Shown here: positions 61,138 to 64,000 of the stretch, piece by piece
Layout: every line of letters starts with the position of its first letter
Numbering within the stretch: position 1 is the stretch's first letter
Source of the DNA: an uncultured Verrucomicrobiae bacterium
GTDB taxonomy: Bacteria; Verrucomicrobiota; Verrucomicrobiia; Opitutales; JABDGR01
Direction: 5' to 3'
NCBI GenBank assembly: GCA_963765205.1
Contig: CAVXVB010000007.1
Location: 96,001-160,000, forward strand
Length of the DNA: 64,000 bases
The notes under the pieces: model-generated
The model's input: only the letters and a program-made list of their open reading frames with translations
The model's database searches: none
Told to the model about the DNA's origin: nothing
Program-made: the position numbers and the translations under genes

Positions 61138-61770
61138 ATGAATGCAACCCCACGTTCGACATCGGTGAGTTTGTTGGTGTTGGTGGCCGTCCTGGCCGTC
61201 GCCGCCCTCGCGGGCCGCTTCTCTCTGGCGCAAGCCGCCAACGTCCCCGGCGCGGTTCCCCTAGTTTCGATCAACGTGGAAAAGAAGAACGGCACCTTCA
61301 AAGTGGCGCCGACGAGCGGATCGGGCACCGGGTCGGGCAGCGGCAAGAGCAAAAGTGGTTCATCGAACAGCACGGATGCGACGGCGTCCAAGTGGCTCGA
61401 GATCTCGATTCGCAATGTGGGCGACGGGGACATCAAGGGCCTGACGGTTAATTATCATGTTTATGTGCGGACGATTGCGTCCAGTTCCACCAGCAACACG
61501 GACACGCTCACCGACAGCTCGGGCAGCGCCACGATTGACATTCCGCACGCGGGCGTCAAACAGGTTGAAACCACGCCGATCACCGCGCAATTTTCCAGTT
61601 CAACGTCGAGCTCCAAGTCGAAAAAGGTGTCGAGCAGCTCGACATCCATCTCGAGCACGGACATTGCGGGCTGGTACATTGAGGTAGATTACGACGGCAA
61701 GTCCATCACCCGGCCCAACGAAAGCCCCTCGGGCATCAAGGCCCGCTACGAGAAGTCGCAGGGCAACTGA
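61138..61770 (+). CDS. Third paralog of the 'WLEI / DIAGWYIE' family
   Basis: WLEISIRNVGDGDIKGLTVNYHVY..DIAGWYIEV; Ser-rich loops. Confidence 0.7.
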   Translation: MNATPRSTSVSLLVLVAVLAVAALAGRFSLAQAANVPGAVPLVSINVEKKNGTFKVAPTSGSGTGSGSGKSKSGSSNSTDATASKWLEISIRNVGDGDIKGLTVNYHVYVRTIASSSTSNTDTLTDSSGSATIDIPHAGVKQVETTPITAQFSSSTSSSKSKKVSSSSTSISSTDIAGWYIEVDYDGKSITRPNESPSGIKARYEKSQGN

Positions 61771-61892
61771 ACCGGCGGGGCGGGTGCGCGGCCCGCGCGG
61801 CTCGCCGCCGACCCAGCGCCCACCGCAAATTCCGCCCCGTGATTTTAACCACGGAGAACACGGAGAACACGGAGGGGGCGAGGGGGCGAGGC

Positions 61893-62938
61893 TATTGATA
61901 CCTGCATAAGTAAAGTCCTATTGGAGGCCGACAAAAAGGGGACTGTGATTGAGGAAGGCGCGCAGGAGATTGGGTCGTCGCTGGAGGGTGCGGGCGTGGC
62001 CGTGGGCGTGGCGGTTTAGTTCTGCGGCGTCCACGGGGGCGTAGTTGGCGAGGGGATTGCGTTTGAGCCAGCTCCACACGCCCTCGACCGGATTTAACTG
62101 CGGAGCATAAGGGGGCAGGAACACGAAGTGGAAACGCGGGTTTTGCGCGGCGAAGCCGCGTGCTGGCGCGCTGAGGTGCCCGGCCAGGCGATCCCACAAC
62201 AACACCACCGGGCCGCGCAGTTGTCGCCGCACCTGGTTGAGGAACGCCCGGATGCGCGGGCCGGTGATATTCACCTTGGGATGCAGCCGGAAAAACAACC
62301 GGGCCGGCCCACGCTCGCCCCGCACGGCCAGGGCGGCGATGACGGAGACCTTCTCGTGGTGGCGCGTGCGCTGCAGGAGGACCGGGGTTGGTCCGCGCGG
62401 ACTCCAGGTGCGGCGCAACAGCGGCGCGAGGAGCAGCCCGCTCTTGTCGATAAACACCAGCGTGGCGTTCAACTGCCGGAGTTTTTTTCACCCGCACCCA
62501 GGTCGTTCGCCGCCACTGCCGCACCAGCGCCGGGTCTTGCTCGCGGGCCTGCCGCCGAGGCCGTTGCGGACTCCAGCCCAGCGCCCGCAGCAGCCGCCCG
62601 ACGTGATCCACCTGGTAACTCACGCCAAACTGCTGGCGCAGCAGCGTCACGATGCGCGGACAAGTCCACAGATCCGTTGCAAACCCCGCCGCTTGCGCCC
62701 CGCGCAACAACGCACGTTCCAACCGTGGCCGCTGCCGCGGCGCCAACGTGGGCGGACGGCCACTGGCCGGGCGCGCGCCCGCCAGCGCCGCACGCTGCGG
62801 CGCTCCACCCCGAGTTGCTCCGCCACGTCCACCGGTCGCCAGCCGTCATCCAACAAAGCGAGCGCCTTGCGACGCCGCTGCTCCAACTGTTCGGGACTGC
62901 CATAAGGTCTCATGGGTTAGCCTCCTTAACCCATAGAA
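61893..62938 (-). mobile_element. Different IS630-family element (winged-HTH type), degenerate and truncated
   Basis: orfA MRPYGSPEQLEQRR with internal deletion, A7 slip site, orfB FIDKSG/WDRL/PYAPQLNPVE; upstream end abuts the next IS. Confidence 0.85.
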
Positions 62939-62940
62939 TA

Positions 62941-63942
62941 GAGCATTTTAGATAAAGCTGTAGCCACAATGGGCCAACCAATGGGCGGCATCCTGGGCGG
63001 TGACCTGGCGCAGGGCCGCGCCGATGGCGGTGAGCAGTTCGGGCGCGGTGCGGGCCTCGGCGGCGCGCAGCAGGGATTTGACTTTGCTCCACATCATTTC
63101 GATGGGGTTGAGGTCGGGCGAGTAGGCGGGCAGGAACTCGATGCTCGCGCCGGCGGCGCGGATCAGCGTGCGGGTGTGGTCGTTTTTGTGCGGGCTGAGG
63201 TTGTCCATGATCACCACATCGCCGGGGCGCAGGGTGGGCGCAAGCACTGCGCGCACATAGGCGCGGAAAACGTCCGTGTCGGTGGCCGCCTCGATGGTCA
63301 GGCAGGCGGTCGAACCGTCCAGCCGGATGGAGGAGAGCATCGTGGTGGTGCGCCAGTGCCCGTGCGGACATTTGGCCCGCAGCCGCTGGCCGCGGGGGGC
63401 GCGGCCGCGCAGGCGCGTCATATTGGTTTTGGCCGCCGGCTTCATCGAGGAAAACGAGCCGCGCGGGGTCCCAGCCGCCTTGCCGGCGCCGCCAGCGCCG
63501 CCGCCGCCGGGCGAGGTCGGGCCGGTCTTGCTCGGCGGCGCGCAGCGTTTTTTTTATAGGTCAGGCCCAGCGTGGCCAGGGCATAATGAATCGTCGGCAG
63601 CGCGCAGTCCAGGCCCAACGCCTCCCGCAATTCGCGCAAGGTGCGGTCAGGCTTCTCGGCGACCAGCCGGCGCAGGCGCTGACGGTGTTGTTCGCGCAGG
63701 CGCGGCTTGCGCCCGCTGCGGTGGCGCTGGGGGCGCAGGTCGCCGAGGCGGCGGCGCTGCTGGAGCAGCTTCTTGACCAGCCCCAGGGAAACCCGGAAGC
63801 GCCAAGCCACCTCCTCCCGCGTGCCCTCGTCCGCGTCATACGCGGCCAGGATGCGTTCCCGTAAATCCAGCGAGATGGTTTTCATGCGCCCGCAATATAA
63901 CACACCTTTCTAAAAATGGCTACACTATTTTTGAAAATTCTC
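62941..63942 (-). mobile_element. IS630-family element, close relative of 40996..41974
   Basis: TA-GAGCATTTT / AAAATTCTC-TA ends; orfA MKTISLDLRERI from 63885; orfB ends HCGYSFI. Confidence 0.92.
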
Positions 63943-64000
63943 TAAATGCTGATTGCTGAATATTCAAAAGCTCGATTGCTCTTGAGTTCAGTTAGAACTG

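Noticed and set aside
1..64000. tRNA, rRNA or integrase-defined island
   Set aside because: None recognised by eye; tRNAscan-SE/Infernal could not be run, so small RNAs are not excluded.

Overview
GC-rich chromosomal window, most likely from a Verrucomicrobiota (Opitutales-like) bacterium. This is inferred from the rpsL-rpsG-fusA-rpsJ order without tufA and an ECF sigma factor with a long C-terminal extension. Core genes include mgtA, pdhA/pdhB, accD, comF, a glcD-like oxidase, lipA/lipB, a mutM-like glycosylase and rpsL/rpsG/fusA/rpsJ. Accessory content includes two PL4 rhamnogalacturonan lyases, a GH2 hydrolase, an exeA/exeB-like locus split by a BrnT/BrnA pair, a kaiA-less kaiC-kaiB-kaiB-PAS kinase-NarL cassette, two families of unknown secreted paralogs, four IS630 elements and many REP, hairpin and 7-9-mer repeats. 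The most striking observation is two Mu-like head-gene remnants about 30 kb apart (portal-like at ~6.6 kb; gp25/26/27-like triplet at ~37 kb). Both carry the same promoter architecture: 9-bp CCAAC repeats, exactly 20 nt, then CTGTGGTAA. This suggests a dispersed, co-regulated phage-derived regulon, possibly GTA-like, that is now decaying. Other notable items are a ~135-bp degenerate direct repeat bracketing the kai cassette, heptamer arrays that drift in sequence but keep register, and composite (GGGACARA)n elements. About nine single-base frameshifts may be sequencing errors. All family assignments come from motif recognition, not database searches.
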